Part shown: piece after piece, positions 61,466 to 64,000 of the stretch
Layout: each line of letters starts with the position of its first letter
Numbering within the stretch: the first letter of the stretch is position 1
Made by a program: the position numbers and the translations under genes
DNA from: an uncultured Acidobacteriota bacterium
Lineage (GTDB): Bacteria; Acidobacteriota; Thermoanaerobaculia; UBA5066
DNA length: 64,000 bases
Assembly: GCA_963779415.1 (NCBI GenBank)
Contig: CAVZYA010000001.1
Location: 960,001-1,024,000 of the forward strand
Direction: 5' to 3'
Notes under the pieces: model-generated
Databases searched by the model: none
Told to the model about the DNA's origin: nothing
The model's input: only the letters and a program-made list of their open reading frames with translations

Positions 61466-63868
61466 GTGGGCCGCCGCGCCGCCGCGATCGCCGTCCTGCT
61501 CCTTCCCGTCGTCGTCACGGCGGGGCTCGGCGTCGGGGCCGGCTGGGCGCTTTCGAACGCCATCACGGTCCCGCGCGTCTCGGAGCTGGCGACGTACCGC
61601 CCGGACGTCGTGACGGAGCTGCGCGGGTGCGACGGGAGCGTTCTCGCCCGCTTCGCCCTCGAAAAGCGGACCCTCGTCGAGCGGAAGGACATTCCGGACG
61701 TCATGGTGAAGGCGCTCCTCGCCGCCGAGGACGCACGTTTCTACGAGCACAGCGGCATCGACATGATCCGGATCGGCGGCGCGCTCGTGAAGGACCTCGT
61801 CCGGCATCGGATGGCGCAGGGGGCCTCGACCCTGACGCAGCAGCTCGCGCGATCGATCTTCCTGACGCCCGAGAAGACGATCGCCCGGAAGGTGAACGAG
61901 GCGTTCCTCACGGTCGAGATCGAGAAGCGGTTCTCGAAGGACCAGATCCTCACCTTCTACCTGAACAAGATCCCGTTCGGGCACGGCGCCTACGGCGTCG
62001 AAGCCGCCTCGCAGCTCTATTTCGGCCACACCGAAAGGACGCTCTCCCTCCCCGAAGCCGCCCTCCTCGCCGGCCTCGTCCAGCGTCCCGCCGCCTACTC
62101 CCCGTACCGGGACCCGACCGCCGCGAAGCGCCGGCGCGACTTCGTCCTCCGGCGGATGGCCGAGGAGGGCTTCATCACGGAGAGGGAGCGCGCGGCGGCC
62201 GCCGGGAAGCCGGTTTCCGTCACCCGGACGTCACGAGAGGCGACCGTAGGACCGTACTTCTGCGAGGAGGTGCGCCAGTACGTCGAAAAGGAGTACGGCG
62301 AGTCGGCGCTCTACCGCAGCGGCCTCCGGATCGACACGACGCTCGACCCGAAGCTCCAGGCGGCTTCGGAGGAGGCGCTCCGGTGGGGCCTTCGCCGCGC
62401 CGACCGGCGCGCCGGCTTCCGCAAGCCCCGAAACCTCGTCTCCGAGGGGATCGACCCGCTGACATGGCGCGACCCGTCGTGGGACGACCCAAACGCTCCC
62501 ACCGACGCCGTGACCGGCGTCGTCCTCTCCGCGACGAAGACTATGGCGGAGGTTCGGGTCGGGGAGAGACGGCTCGCCCTTCCCGCGTCGGCCATGCGCT
62601 GGACGAGGGCCGAAAGCCCGGCCCGGCTCCTCGCCCGCGGGGACGTGATCCAGATCGAGTCGACGAGGGACGAGAGTGGAAAGCCCGACACGTTCCTTTC
62701 CCAGGAGCCGCAGGTGGAGGGAGCCGCGATCATCCTCGAGAACGCCACCGGCGCGGTCCGGGCGCTCGTGGGCGGCTACGATTTCGGCCGGTCCAAGTTC
62801 GATCGCGCGGTACAGGCCGTCCGGCAGGTCGGCTCGTCCTTCAAGCCGTTCGTCTACCTGACCGCCATAGAGGCGGGCTTCACGCCGGCCGACACCGTCC
62901 TCGACGCGCCGATCACGATCGTCATCGACGCCGCGCAGGAGCCGTACCGGCCGCAGAACTACGAGCGGAAGTTTTCCGGAATCGTGACGTACGAGTACGC
63001 GCTCGAGCACTCGATCAACGTCCCGGCCGTCCGCGTGGGGCTCCTCGTCGGAACGCAGAAGGTCCTGGAGACCGCGCGCCGGCTCGGCATCCGGCAGAAC
63101 CTCCTCGCCTATCCCTCGCTCCACCTCGGCGCCTTCGAGGTGACGCCGATGGAGATGGCCTCCGCGTACGCCGCCTTCGCCTCGGGCGGTCTCCTCTACA
63201 GGCCGCGGATGGTGGAGCGGATCCGGAGCTTCGACGGGCGCCTCCTCGAGCAGAGCCTCCCCGAAGGCACGGAAGCTGCCTCGCCGCAGGCGACGTACGT
63301 CCTCCTCGGGATGCTGCGGGGGGTCACGCAGCGCGGGACGGCCGCCGCCGCCGCGCGCCTCAAGCTCAACATCGCCGGAAAGACGGGGACGACGAACGAC
63401 TTCACGGATGCCTGGTTCATCGGCATGACGCCGAAGCAGACGATCGCCGTCTGGGTGGGGCACGACACGAAGAAGACGCTGGGACCGAAGTCGGCGGGCG
63501 CCGACGTTGCCCTGCCGATCTGGATGCGGATCGTCGCGCGGATGAAGGAGCTGGGGTACGTTTCCGAGACGGACGACTTCGAGATGCCGGGAAACATCGT
63601 CCTCGTGCCGGTGGACGAGGCGACGGGCTACCGGGCGACGCCGGCCTGCAGGAACACCGTCCTGATGGCCTTCGTGAACGGCACCCAGCCGACCGAACTC
63701 TGCGGCGAGGCGCCGCACGCGGTCACGAACCTCCCGCAGTACCTCCAGCGCGCCCTCTACGCGCCGAAGCGCGGCGAGCCCGCCGGGGGCGAGTACCACG
63801 TCACCGACGCCCCGAAGCTCGCCCCGCCGCTGCCGAAGGCGGGACCTGACGGGGGACCGCCGGGCTAG
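61466..63868 (+). CDS. mrcA: Penicillin-binding protein 1A
   Basis: AEDARFYEH, GASTLTQQ, GSSFKP (SxxK), SIN, KTG. Confidence 0.93.
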   Translation: MGRRAAAIAVLLLPVVVTAGLGVGAGWALSNAITVPRVSELATYRPDVVTELRGCDGSVLARFALEKRTLVERKDIPDVMVKALLAAEDARFYEHSGIDMIRIGGALVKDLVRHRMAQGASTLTQQLARSIFLTPEKTIARKVNEAFLTVEIEKRFSKDQILTFYLNKIPFGHGAYGVEAASQLYFGHTERTLSLPEAALLAGLVQRPAAYSPYRDPTAAKRRRDFVLRRMAEEGFITERERAAAAGKPVSVTRTSREATVGPYFCEEVRQYVEKEYGESALYRSGLRIDTTLDPKLQAASEEALRWGLRRADRRAGFRKPRNLVSEGIDPLTWRDPSWDDPNAPTDAVTGVVLSATKTMAEVRVGERRLALPASAMRWTRAESPARLLARGDVIQIESTRDESGKPDTFLSQEPQVEGAAIILENATGAVRALVGGYDFGRSKFDRAVQAVRQVGSSFKPFVYLTAIEAGFTPADTVLDAPITIVIDAAQEPYRPQNYERKFSGIVTYEYALEHSINVPAVRVGLLVGTQKVLETARRLGIRQNLLAYPSLHLGAFEVTPMEMASAYAAFASGGLLYRPRMVERIRSFDGRLLEQSLPEGTEAASPQATYVLLGMLRGVTQRGTAAAAARLKLNIAGKTGTTNDFTDAWFIGMTPKQTIAVWVGHDTKKTLGPKSAGADVALPIWMRIVARMKELGYVSETDDFEMPGNIVLVPVDEATGYRATPACRNTVLMAFVNGTQPTELCGEAPHAVTNLPQYLQRALYAPKRGEPAGGEYHVTDAPKLAPPLPKAGPDGGPPG

Positions 63869-64000
63869 GTTTCGTCGGGCGGTCCGCCCTTGCGCTTCAC
63901 CGCGAGAATCGCAACGTCGTCCGTCGGGTCGAGTCCCGCGCTGTGGGCCCGAACGGCTTCGGAGATCGAGGAGACCGTCGCCGCGGCCGGCCCGCCGTCG
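63865..64000 (-). CDS. C-terminus of a SpoIIE/PP2C-family phosphatase (partial)
   Basis: Manual translation ...AVRAHSAGLDPTDDVAILAVKRK...stop. DDxxxxxV motif. Confidence 0.6.
   Translation of the reverse strand, partial: DGGPAAATVSSISEAVRAHSAGLDPTDDVAILAVKRKGGPPDET

Overview
High-GC bacterial chromosome segment. The gene complement suggests Acidobacteriota, possibly Thermoanaerobaculia (inference only). The dominant feature is a >19.9-kb head-to-tail array on the minus strand (19874 to beyond position 1). It holds at least eight paralogous receptor-like Ser/Thr kinases (Hanks-type kinase, one TM helix, TolB/PD40-like beta-propeller). Most are joined by overlapping stop/start codons. They carry three distinguishable sensor-domain classes and show patchwork nucleotide identity consistent with module shuffling or gene conversion. 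The rest is largely housekeeping: a Tat-signal aminotransferase, ackA-xfp, globin, VPS10/BNR protein, S10 peptidase, two PLP sulfur enzymes, deoB running in frame into an RsbW-like domain, a peroxiredoxin with a histone-H1-like tail, thiD, a beta-oxidation operon with TetR/FadR and a clear operator, and a nucleoside-type ABC transporter whose ATPase linker contains an in-frame palindromic element. Then come an ECF sigma module, LPS kinase/ArnT, tRNA-Arg(CCT), a Rieske reductase, uvrB, PBP1A and the end of a PP2C phosphatase. Many single-base frameshifts probably reflect long-read consensus errors.
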